Counted from the first letter of the stretch, positions 8,649 through 17,435 are shown. The stretch is 17,435 nt of DNA from Planctomycetota bacterium (GCA_038213805.1 JBBQSO010000105.1:1-17435), one strand, 5' to 3'. Notes: a model not told the origin generated them from the letters alone. Numbers and translations: made by a program.

Positions 8649-8759
8649 TACGATAGCAGATGTGCGCGTTGGTATTCTCGCGTCACGCTAACCGCATGAT
8701 TTTTCCGTGCTCAGCGCGGAACCGACCGCACTCCATTACCCCTCGCCGTGCGGCCGCCA

Positions 8760-8790
8760 TCTCGCGCCTCGCGCCTCGAGCCTCGAGCCC
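8760..8790. repeat. Heptamer repeat (CTCGMGC)x4, inverted relative to 8577-8608
   Basis: TCTCGCGCCTCGCGCCTCGAGCCTCGAGCCC directly abuts the stop codon at 8791. Confidence 0.75.
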
Positions 8791-9624
8791 TCAATCCCGC
8801 TTCAAATCCCGCCACTGCACGATCACCCCCGGGATCACCGTCACCAGCGCGGTGACCCCCAGGATCAACGGCAGCTGCGCGCTCTCCGGGTGGGTGAGGA
8901 TGACGATGCCGAGCTGGCACAGCAGCGCGCCGTAAAGCACGGTCTGGATGATACCGATGGCCGGGGCGGCCTTCCAGCCCAGGCCGACGCCGAGCACGAA
9001 GCCGAGCACCCCGAGCACGAAGGCGATCGCGCCGCTGGTGGTGCCGGGGTGCGGCACGGCGCCGAGCGCGGCACCGGCGAGCGCGGCGAACAGCACGAAG
9101 CCCAGCACCCCGCCCTGCGCCGCCACCCCCGCCTGGTAGAGCCAGGCGCCGAGCACGCCGGCGAGCAGAGCGGCGCTGACCGCCGCGGTCCACGCCATGC
9201 CGGGCTCGAGCAGGCCATCGCAGCGTGCCATCACCGCGCCGCCCACCACCCCGGCGGCGAGCAGCGCGGTGGTCCAGCGGATCAGCCGCCAGCCGGCGAA
9301 CAATGGTATCATGCCGACCAACACCAGCACCGGCCCCAGCCACGCGGGCTGCGCATTCAGCCAGTGCCACAACTCGGAAGCCGTAGGCAGCGCTGCGCCA
9401 GCGGCCGGCGCCCCTGGCGCGGCCTGGCCCACTGCCGGAGCCGGTGCTCCGGATGGCGCCGGAGTCGCCGGAGCTGCTGGTTCCGCGGCAGCTGCCGGTG
9501 CCGCCGGTGCCGCCACGGCTGCGTCCTCTCCAGCGCCGAGCGGCGCGCCGGCCAGCATCGCCAGCGCGGCGAACGCACTCAGAACGCCGAAGCCGCGCAG
9601 CGCCGCGAAGAGGGTGGACCACAT
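8791..9624 (-). CDS. Membrane protein, DUF4203/TMEM198-like, with signal peptide and Ala/Pro-rich linker
   Basis: Signal-like N-terminus, an APAAPA linker, then about 7 Gly-rich TM helices. The segment LFAGWRLIRW resembles the FFGYRL motif of DUF4203. The ATG at 9624 avoids overlap with the upstream gene. Confidence 0.75.
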   Translation of the reverse strand: MWSTLFAALRGFGVLSAFAALAMLAGAPLGAGEDAAVAAPAAPAAAAEPAAPATPAPSGAPAPAVGQAAPGAPAAGAALPTASELWHWLNAQPAWLGPVLVLVGMIPLFAGWRLIRWTTALLAAGVVGGAVMARCDGLLEPGMAWTAAVSAALLAGVLGAWLYQAGVAAQGGVLGFVLFAALAGAALGAVPHPGTTSGAIAFVLGVLGFVLGVGLGWKAAPAIGIIQTVLYGALLCQLGIVILTHPESAQLPLILGVTALVTVIPGVIVQWRDLKRD

Positions 9625-9667
9625 CACGCCCCCAGCATCGCCGCTGCGGCGCGCCGGCCAACCCTCT

Positions 9668-11844
9668 TCAGGGCACCGCCACCAGGCGGAACGCCACATC
9701 CTTGCCGCGGTCCAGGCGCGTGCCCTGCGGGAAGACCGCCTCGCCCCCCAGCAGGCGCAGCATCGGCAGCAGCTGCAGGCGCACCACGCCGCTGGCCGGC
9801 ATGCTGAAGGGCTGCGCCGGCCCGAGCGCAGTGCCGCTCCACGGATCGAACCAGGTCAGCAGATACGCGCCCGGGCGCAGTCCCGACAACACCGCCTCAC
9901 CGCGCCGCTGCGGCGCGAAGGCCCATCCGTACAGCGCATCGCCATCGGCACCGACACCGGCGTGCGCGAGGGCCAGGGCCCGAACGCCCGCACCGCCCAT
10001 GCAGCGGATGCGCACCAGCGGTGCGCTGCACGCCACCAGACCGTCCGGCGCAACCCCGGCGAGGACGGTGCGCAGCGCGGCCAGCTGCGCGCCGTTGTCG
10101 AGCGGGTACTGCGCGGCGCCGAACGGACCGCCGCCGTCGCGCCAGCGCAGCTCGCCGAACTCCTTGCCGTCGTCCCAGTCCATCACCGTGCCGGCCATCC
10201 CGCTGAACACCGCCGCCCAGATGCCGTGGTGGTAGAGCGTCGGGTAGAGCGGCGATGGCGCCGCTTCGGGCGTAGCGCGCTCGGCCGCGCCGAACTCACT
10301 GATCAGGCGCGGGCCTGCACCCGGCTGCTGGGCGAAGGCAATGATGCCGTCGATGGTCAGGCTCCATGCGTCATCGATGCCGGCGCCGCGCGGCCACGAC
10401 GGGTACCAGTGCCAGCCGACGACATCGACGCGCCCACCCGCCGGTCCGCCCTCCCAGGCAAGGTTGCCGTCGGCGGCGGCGCCGGTGGCGCTGCTGGTGG
10501 TGCTGGCGTGCAGCGGGTGGTGCCAGGGATCGCCGCCATAGCGCAGGCCGTCGCGCCGCACCAGCGCGCCGCGCAGCAGCGTCACCTGGTCGGCGAGCCA
10601 GCGCGCGCAGTCCGGGTGCGCCCACCAGCCGCGGCCCGTGCGCATCACGCCCAGCTCGTCGCCGACCACGTCGATCTCGTCGCCCAGCACCCACATCCCG
10701 ATGGCGCGTGAGGCGCCCCAGCGCGCCACCACGTAGCGCAGGTGCGCCGCCTGCCAGTCGAAGAGCTGCGCGCGCCACTCGTCCGCCGGCGCGCGCGGGT
10801 CGGCGGCGAAGAAGTCCCAGCACTCCTCGAGACCCGGCAGCGCGCTCAACCCGCAGCGCTGCGCGGGCGGACGGAAGCCCGCTGCATCGGCGGGGGCCTG
10901 CGCGCCCCATGGCTGCCCGGCCGCGGTCATGCAGCCGTGCGGCAGCGGCGTCAACAGCAGGCGGATGGTGCGCTCGCCCGGTGCGCCGGCGCAGGCCTCC
11001 ACCACGCGGTCGAAGGCCGCGGCGCGGCCCTGGTCGTAGCAGGCCCACGGCCGCCACGCCGCCTGCGCCGGCAATGCCGTACGCTGCCAGCGCCCGCCAA
11101 CGCGCCAGTGCTCGGCGCGGTCCTGATGAACGAGCAGGAACTCCCACGGCGCCAGCCATTGGTTGAGCAGGTTATAGCCCGCCGCGCGCAAGTGCGGCAG
11201 CAGCTCACGCTCGCGGTCGAGGCCCTCGAACGGCGCCCAGCCCACGCCGTGCGGATCGCTGTCGACCACCCAGGCGCGACAGGCGCCGAACAACCAGGTC
11301 GCGGTGCTGCCGCCGTCAGCGCGGCGCGCGCGCAACCAGCCCTTTGCCTGGTGCGGCCCAGGCATGATCAGCGGGCCATCGAGCTGCTCGTCGATCAGCG
11401 CCATCCACGCCCCGCCATCCGCCTCAAGGTGCAGTGGCGCTCCGCCAATCCGCGCGCAGCCGTCGAGAAGCAGCCGCATGCGCCACGCGCCGGCGCGGTC
11501 CGGTGCCCAGCGCACCGCCCAGCGCCATGGCGCGCCCGGCGCATCGCGCAGGGCGAAGGCCGGCACGTCCAGCTGCGTGCCATCCTCGTGCGCAAAGCGC
11601 GCGGTGATGCGCAGGAACACGCCATCGCGATCGGCGTCGTAGGCGTCGTGCACCTGGTCGTCCGGCAGCGAGGCGAAGGGGGCGGCGGAGCCCGCGAAGG
11701 ACAACGTGATCTCATCGACCGCGAAGACCGTGGCCGCGACACCGTGCTGCGCGCGCAGCGCGGGCTCTTCAGCGGCCTGGCCGCCCGCCATCGCCGCAAC
11801 CAGCAACGCGAGCAGCCGCAGCGACCCACTGTCCGTCACGCGCC

Positions 11845-11848
<4 letters not shown>
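9668..11848 (-). CDS. Secreted clan GH-A (GH5-like) glycoside hydrolase-like protein with N-terminal DUF5060-like Ig domain and C-terminal beta domain
   Basis: Signal-like N-terminus; WAVRWAPDRAGAW is DUF5060-like. RYVVARWG...WVLGDE marks the putative acid/base, followed by WHWY and LISEFG (putative nucleophile), and a C-terminal YLLTWFDPWSG. The start is GTG 11848 (GTGA overlap with the rarA stop) or GTG 11839. Confidence 0.75.
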
Positions 11849-13125
<1,277 letters not shown>

Positions 13126-13180
13126 GGTGGCCTGATGCGCGGGACCGGAAGCCGGAAAGCGCCGGGAGCTGGCAGCAGCT

Positions 13181-13281
13181 CGGAGCTGCGAGCTGAGAGC
13201 TGCGAGCTGCGAGCCGCGAGCCGCGAGTTCGAAGCTCGAAGCCGGTGACTTCCGGACTTCCGGACTTCCGGACTTCCGGAC
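13181..13281. repeat. Heptamer (GAGCTGC/GAGCCGC) array followed by octamer (ACTTCCGG)x4
   Basis: Directly visible; fills most of the divergent rarA-ruvA intergenic region. Confidence 0.9.
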
Positions 13282-13300
13282 CCCGGGCAGAATGCCCCCC

Positions 13301-13897
13301 ATGTACGACTTCCTGCGCGGTACCGTCGCCAACCTCGATGCCGCCAACCGGCTGAGCCTGGATGTGGGCGGCGTGGGCTACTCGCTGCGCATCAGCGAGC
13401 AGACGCGCCGCAACATCCCACTCGATGGCACGGTGGTGACCGTGCACGTGCGCCTACTGGTGAAGGAGGACGACCTCGTGCTGTTCGGCTTCAGCGACGC
13501 GGCGGAGCGCGCGGCCTTCGACCTGCTGACCTCGGTGCAGATGGTCGGACCGGCGGTTGCACTTGCGGTGCTTTCCGCACTTGGCGTCACCCAACTGCGC
13601 CAAGCGCTGCTCACCCGCGACCTTGGCGCGCTGCGCGCAGTCAAGGGCGTCGGCCCCAAAAGCGCCGAGCGCATCGTCATGGAACTCGCCGACAAGGTCG
13701 AGCGCATCCCCGCGCCCACTCAGCCCGCGGGCACCGGCGCCGGCGCCACCACCGCCCAGGCGATCGCCGAGGCGCATCGCGCACTCATCGTGCTCGGCTT
13801 CGACAGCAAATCCGCCGGCGACGCGCTCGCCAAAGTGGTGCAACCAGGGCTATCGGCGGAGGCGTTGCTGCGCACTGCGCTGGCGAGTCTGCGCTGA
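13301..13897 (+). CDS. ruvA: Holliday junction branch migration protein RuvA
   Basis: MYDFLRG, DVGGVGY, LVLFGF, two HhH motifs (VQMVGPAVAL, VKGVGPKSAERIVMELADK) and a C-terminal ALIVLGF domain. Alternative ATG at 13292. Confidence 0.96.
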   Translation: MYDFLRGTVANLDAANRLSLDVGGVGYSLRISEQTRRNIPLDGTVVTVHVRLLVKEDDLVLFGFSDAAERAAFDLLTSVQMVGPAVALAVLSALGVTQLRQALLTRDLGALRAVKGVGPKSAERIVMELADKVERIPAPTQPAGTGAGATTAQAIAEAHRALIVLGFDSKSAGDALAKVVQPGLSAEALLRTALASLR

Positions 13898-13934
13898 GGC
13901 AGGGGGTCCGGTGGTGGCGTGGTTGGGGAGTTTT

Positions 13935-13995
13935 GAGCTGCGAGGTGCGAGCTGCGCGTCTCGCGTCTCGCGTCTCGCGTCTCGCGTCTCGCAAC
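13935..13995. repeat. Heptamer inverted/tandem repeat downstream of ruvA
   Basis: GAGCTGCGAGGTGCGAGCTGC is followed by (GCGTCTC)x4 and GCAAC; the cluster can fold back. Confidence 0.85.
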
Positions 13996-14029
13996 TTATA
14001 AGCCGAGGCTCATCCTCCCGCAGCCACGT

Positions 14030-14088
14030 CAATAATACCTAAGTTATTATTGGATAATCCCTTGCGAACATTTTTCTAGATAGATAAT
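14030..14088 (+). promoter_or_regulatory. AT-rich island with operator-like inverted repeat and possible promoter
   Basis: CAATAATA-N7-TATTATTG at 14030-14052, and TTGCGA (14062-14067) N15 GATAAT (14083-14088), upstream of the cytochrome c gene. Confidence 0.5.
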
Positions 14089-14265
14089 GGTGCGGCGCAG
14101 GAAAGCCGCGACGTGCAGCACCCAACGCGGACCGCGCCAAGGGCGTAGAAACCGAACGAAACCAGTCCATCACCCGCGACGGATGGGGTTTCCACCCACA
14201 TTGACACATCCGGGGCGCGCACGACCTTCTTCCTCCGTAGCCAAGCACCTCACAGGGTTCCAGCC

Positions 14266-14667
14266 ATGTCCAGCCTGTCCAAACTCCCCCACCTCTTGAG
14301 CCTCGCGGCCGCCACCCTGCTGGTCGGCGCGCTCGGTGCGACCACTGCGGCCACTGCCGCAGAGGACGGCAAGGAGCTCTTCAAGGCCAAGATCTGGCCG
14401 GTGCTGGAATCGTCCTGCATCGGCTGCCACGGCGACAAGAAGCAGAAGGGCAAGCTGCGCCTCGACTCGGAAGAGGCCTTCAAGAAGGGCGGTAAGGAGG
14501 GCGTGATCTTCGTCGCCGGCAAGCCCGCCGACAGCAAGATCATCGCCGCCATCAAGCGCGGCGACGACGACACCAAGATGCCGCCCAAGGATGAGAAGAA
14601 GCTCAGCCCCGAGCAGGTCGCCGACTTCGAGAAGTGGATCGCCGCCGGCGCCCCCTGGGCGAAGTGA
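14266..14667 (+). CDS. Planctomycete cytochrome c domain protein (PSCyt1-like), monoheme, exported
   Basis: Signal peptide, then FKAKIWPVLESSCIGCHG (CxxCH), KGKLRLDS, GKPADS, KMPP (putative axial Met) and WIAAGA. Confidence 0.93.
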   Translation: MSSLSKLPHLLSLAAATLLVGALGATTAATAAEDGKELFKAKIWPVLESSCIGCHGDKKQKGKLRLDSEEAFKKGGKEGVIFVAGKPADSKIIAAIKRGDDDTKMPPKDEKKLSPEQVADFEKWIAAGAPWAK

Positions 14668-14711
14668 GCCCCGCGGCGGGTTGACCGCCGATCCTTCACC
14701 AGTCTCACGTG

Positions 14712-14743
14712 CGGGACGGCCGATGGCCGTCCCGTATTTTTTT
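14712..14743 (+). terminator. Rho-independent terminator
   Basis: Perfect 10-bp stem CGGGACGGCC-GAT-GGCCGTCCCG followed by TATTTTTTT, about 45 nt after the cytochrome c stop. Confidence 0.88.
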
Positions 14744-14859
14744 CGTGCCCACGAACGTTCCCGGCGGCTGGCCCAGGCCGGGGCGCGCGGCCTTCTGATG
14801 CCCCCTGCCTCCACCGGATATTCACGCGCCCTGGGCATGGCTGGTCGCGGCTCGTGGCC

Positions 14860-14927
14860 CGAGCTTCGAGCTTCGAGCGCGGCATTTCGTCTACCGCCGC
14901 ATCTCGTTGTTCGAAGCTCGCAGCTCA
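14860..14927. repeat. Degenerate heptamer inverted repeat
   Basis: GAGCTTCGAGCTTCGAGC ... GTTCGAAGCTCGCAGCTC form complementary arms around a spacer of about 30 nt. Confidence 0.65.
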
Positions 14928-15058
14928 CTACCCGGAAAATCCACACCCACCCCGAGTCTGGCCACCCCACACCCTCCGCAGCTGCACGCCGCAACGTCCA
15001 CCTCACCCTGGCAAAGCGATGCCGTGGCGCATCATCGCCTCCAGCGAGGGAAAATCCC

Positions 15059-15607
15059 ATGTCCCGCTGCATGGTCCTGAACGCCAGTTTCGAATTCCTC
15101 TCCATCCAGGAGCGCTGGATGGATTCGCTGCTGCTCGTCCTCGCCGGCAAGGCCCTGCCCCTGGAGCACTACCCCGACGTGGTGCGCAGCCAGCACTGCA
15201 CCTTCCAGCTGCCCGCGGTGGTGGTGATGCGCAACCATATCCGCACCCACCGCCGACGACGGATGTTCGACACGCCCAGTCGCAAGGCCGTGTTCATCCG
15301 CGACGCGTTCCTGTGCCAGTACTGCGGGGTGAAGGTCAGCATGAGCACCGGCACCCGCGACCACGTCATCCCGCTCAGCCGCGGCGGCCCCGACACCCTG
15401 GCCAACGTCGTCACCGCCTGCCGCGACTGCAACCACCGCAAAAGCAACCGCACCCCCGAGGAGGCCGGCATGCCCCTCAACCGCAAGGCGCGCGCCCTCA
15501 ACGAGGAGGAGAAACTGCGCTGCCTGCTGAAGACCTGCAAGGCCAAGGAGCGGGAGACGTGGTTGTTGTGCTTGAAGCGGTTGGGGATTCCGTTGTGGGC
15601 GGCGTGA
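15059..15607 (+). CDS. HNH endonuclease (McrA/HNH_5-like, Zn-binding), 182 aa
   Basis: VLNAS N-terminus, RD.FLCQYCG, TRDHVIPLSRGG and NVVTACRDCNHRKSNRTPEEAGM. A GAGGG RBS lies 8 nt before ATG 15059. Confidence 0.93.
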   Translation: MSRCMVLNASFEFLSIQERWMDSLLLVLAGKALPLEHYPDVVRSQHCTFQLPAVVVMRNHIRTHRRRRMFDTPSRKAVFIRDAFLCQYCGVKVSMSTGTRDHVIPLSRGGPDTLANVVTACRDCNHRKSNRTPEEAGMPLNRKARALNEEEKLRCLLKTCKAKERETWLLCLKRLGIPLWAA

Positions 15608-15637
15608 GGGCGGACTGGCGAAGCCGTACCGGACTTG

Positions 15638-16084
15638 TCATTTGATTTCATAGATGGCAGGCGGGGACGGATCCAGCTGAGAGCGCATTATCACGTTGGG
15701 ATCCCTGATGGATTCCAGCCAAGAGGCGAAATGATTGAAGCGATAGACTTGTACTGAGACAACGCTCCGAAAGGCTTCCGCCCCCGAGTACGCAGGCGGC
15801 GCGAAAACGACTGCTAAGTAATACTCGTATTTGGAAACGAACAGCGACGGCTTGTACGTCTCGTCCCACATCTGATCCGCGATCAGGGAGTCGATGCGCG
15901 AACCCGTGAGCGCTTCGACCTCCGCCCTGATCATGCCCTTGCGAATGAGCCGCCAAGTGCTCGGGAAGCCGGCTTGGCTCCAGCGGAGCAGGTAGACGGC
16001 GACCAGCGACACGAATACCGAGAGGATCAGCAACCCGCGGCGAAATCCGCGCCGCCCAGGCCGGAGTTCGTTAGGATCGTTCAT
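15638..16084 (-). CDS. Hypothetical N-terminally membrane-anchored protein (paralog A)
   Basis: A basic stretch followed by a TM helix. It aligns by eye along its length with the neighbouring ORF (GFP..WRLI.KGM...V.AL.G). GC is lower than in the flanks. Confidence 0.8.
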   Translation of the reverse strand: MNDPNELRPGRRGFRRGLLILSVFVSLVAVYLLRWSQAGFPSTWRLIRKGMIRAEVEALTGSRIDSLIADQMWDETYKPSLFVSKYEYYLAVVFAPPAYSGAEAFRSVVSVQVYRFNHFASWLESIRDPNVIMRSQLDPSPPAIYEIK

Positions 16085-16125
16085 GACGGCCGATCTGGAA
16101 GCAGGGGACAGGCCCGCCTGGAGGT

Positions 16126-16572
16126 TCAGTTTAACGAATAAACCATACTATCGTCCAACGTCGTGGCCACCTGTGGCATGCTCCACAAGGAGCGCAGCCA
16201 CTCCATCGCCCGGTTGCGCTTCGTCACCCAGAGGCAGACGACCATTTGCGGCTCTGCACCGCCCATTCCCGGCATGCTGTAGACGATATTGAGGTCGTAC
16301 TCGTGCGCGGACGCGAAGATCGCCGGGTGGTACCGCTCCTTGCCCATGAAGCCGCACAGCAGGTGGCCGCCATGTCCCCCGACGAGCGCATCGACCTGCG
16401 ACTGGGTCATGCCCTTCGCGATGAGCCGCCACTCCGCGGGGAATCCGCGGTTGCCCCACCACAAGCCATATCCGGCCATCGCCGCAACGAGCGCTAGCGC
16501 AATGATCCACCTCTTCCGCATGTTGCGTGCGGGGTGCTCGGTGAAACTGCCAACTGACATGAGCACCGTCAT
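16126..16572 (-). CDS. Hypothetical N-terminally membrane-anchored protein (paralog B)
   Basis: Paralog of 15638-16084. A GGAG RBS precedes ATG 16572; alternative starts are 16560 and 16521. Confidence 0.78.
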   Translation of the reverse strand: MTVLMSVGSFTEHPARNMRKRWIIALALVAAMAGYGLWWGNRGFPAEWRLIAKGMTQSQVDALVGGHGGHLLCGFMGKERYHPAIFASAHEYDLNIVYSMPGMGGAEPQMVVCLWVTKRNRAMEWLRSLWSMPQVATTLDDSMVYSLN

Positions 16573-16909
16573 TTCTCTCCGAGGACGGCCACCCAAGCGC
16601 ATCCTTTCGTTTTAAGCGAACGCCTGCGCGCCGCCAACTCGGCCCGGTACGAACAGCGCCGCTCAACGTCAGCGTAGGATCGGCATCACCCGAGCATCAC
16701 CCGATACCCCGCGAGCCCATTGGGGCGTATAAAGTTAAGGAGTAACTGAATGAAAGGCGTGCACTGGATGACCAATCGACCTCGGCCCGCCCAGGGACGA
16801 AATCCCGTACGGTCCGCGCTTCCTGCCGGACGAGGCTGATGCCGGCGACCGGCGGTTCGTGCCGGCAGGAAGCGCAGACCGTGCGGGATGGTTAGGTTGG
16901 GCGATGGGT

Positions 16910-16957
16910 CCCAGGGCTCACGCCCTGGGCTAAATGGTGTCGCCCGCTCCGCGGGCT
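16910..16957 (+). repeat. Intact (uninserted) REP-like double hairpin
   Basis: CCCAGGGC-TCAC-GCCCTGGG-CTAAATGGTGTC-GCCCGCTCCGCGGGCT; same family as the left-edge units but without an IS end. Confidence 0.85.
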
Positions 16958-17064
16958 TTTGCATCGTCACACCATGGTTCGCAATGTCGCCCGCTCCGCG
17001 GGCTTTCGCAGCGTCATACCATGGTTCGCAATGTCGCCCGCTCCGCGGGCTTTCGCAGCGTCAT
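16938..17064 (+). repeat. 47-bp tandem repeat (about 2.7 copies) built on the second REP hairpin
   Basis: TGTCGCCCGCTCCGCGGGCTTTYGCAKCGTCAYACCATGGTTCGCAA starts at 16938, 16985 and 17032. Confidence 0.9.
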
Positions 17065-17074
17065 GATATGGGTC

Positions 17075-17297
17075 TCCGGGCTCACGCCTTGCTCATTACC
17101 CACAAGTCGTCCAGGCCGTCACGTCAAACGGGGCAGTTTGTCTGAAGCGCCATCGGCGCGACGCAAAGATAGCCCAGGGCAACGCCCCTACCCATTACCC
17201 ACAAGTCAGCGGGACGTTCGGCAGGTCACGGGGGACACCGTGGCTGTCTGCCCAGAGCGCCAACGGCGCGGCCAGAGGACCAGCCCAGGGCGAAGCC
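17075..17297. repeat. Right-edge array of REP halves fused to orphan IS50-like ends
   Basis: Ends lie at 17089-17107 (3 mismatches) and 17188-17206 (exact), each preceded by GGGC-N3/4-GCC(C). Paired second hairpins are AGCGCCATCGGCGCG and AGCGCCAACGGCGCG. Confidence 0.8.
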
Positions 17298-17435
17298 CTA
17301 CCCATTACCCACAAGTCATCGTCGTCGTTTTCGTTTTTCCGGCTGTTCAGCCTGAGCCTTGGCCATTTCCGCTTGAGCTTCCAGGGCCATGGCGAAATGC
17401 CGCACCATGTCGAGGCCGATCCATAGCGTTTTGGA
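17298..17435 (-). mobile_element. Right end of an IS4-family (IS50/Tn5-like) insertion sequence, truncated by the window edge
   Basis: The 19-bp end CTACCCATTACCCACAAGT at 17298-17316 overlaps the stop codon of a transposase-like C-terminus. The element is inserted in the REP stem after CCCAG-GGCGAAGCC. Confidence 0.78.
17316..17435 (-). CDS. IS4-family (Tn5-like) transposase, C-terminal 39 aa only (partial)
   Basis: Manual translation gives SKTLWIGLDMVRHFAMALEAQAEMAKAQAEQPEKRKRRR*. KTLWxGL resembles the PGxKTLWxGL motif of the Tn5-type dimerisation domain. It is absent from the ORF track because it is short and 5'-truncated. Confidence 0.72.
   Translation of the reverse strand, partial: SKTLWIGLDMVRHFAMALEAQAEMAKAQAEQPEKRKRRR

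Noticed and set aside
13126..13347. N-terminal extension of RarA in the ORF track
   Set aside because: It translates the heptamer/octamer repeats and overlaps ruvA; RarA similarity begins at about PLPERLRP.
14591..15058. N-terminal extension of the HNH ORF, or an IscB/Cas9-like RNA-guided nuclease
   Set aside because: The extension crosses the cytochrome c gene end and its terminator. The real protein is 182 aa with no RuvC or PLMP motifs, and no adjacent array or recognisable guide RNA was found.
15608..16680. Integron cassettes (attC sites) around the paralog pair
   Set aside because: No RYYYAAC...GTTRRRY-bounded palindromes were found after either gene, and there is no integrase.
16938..17064. 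CRISPR mini-array (47-bp period)
   Set aside because: The would-be spacers are nearly identical, so this is a tandem duplication.
16686..17145. ORFs 16686-16970 (-) and 16888-17145 (+)
   Set aside because: They read through REP and tandem repeats and show no protein-like features.

Overview
High-GC (roughly 70% by eye) bacterial window, probably Planctomycetota, given a standalone planctomycete-type cytochrome c and a kinase with an MshEN-like N-terminus. Genes from left to right: a 140-aa hypothetical (-), a bile acid:Na+ symporter (-), a Ser/Thr kinase (+), a 1675-aa FG-GAP/Calx-beta surface protein (-), a probable minus-strand operon rarA > clan GH-A glycoside hydrolase-like protein > DUF4203-like membrane protein, ruvA (+), cytochrome c (+) with terminator, an HNH endonuclease (+), two lower-GC tandem paralogous membrane-anchored proteins (-), and the 3' tail of an IS4/IS50(Tn5)-like transposase at the right edge. 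The most unusual signal is non-coding. Both edges carry arrays in which a 19-bp Tn5-like end (CTACCCATTACCCACAAGT, six copies) is fused at nearly the same position into a REP-like hairpin (CCCAGGGC-N3/4-GCCCTGGG). This suggests a REP-targeting IS50-like element that has left stacked orphan-end/REP chimeric units. Most intergenic regions also hold GCGAGNN heptamer tandem or inverted repeats, and base composition appears to switch from G/T-rich to C/A-rich across the repeat clusters. All family assignments come from motif recognition by eye; no database searches were run.
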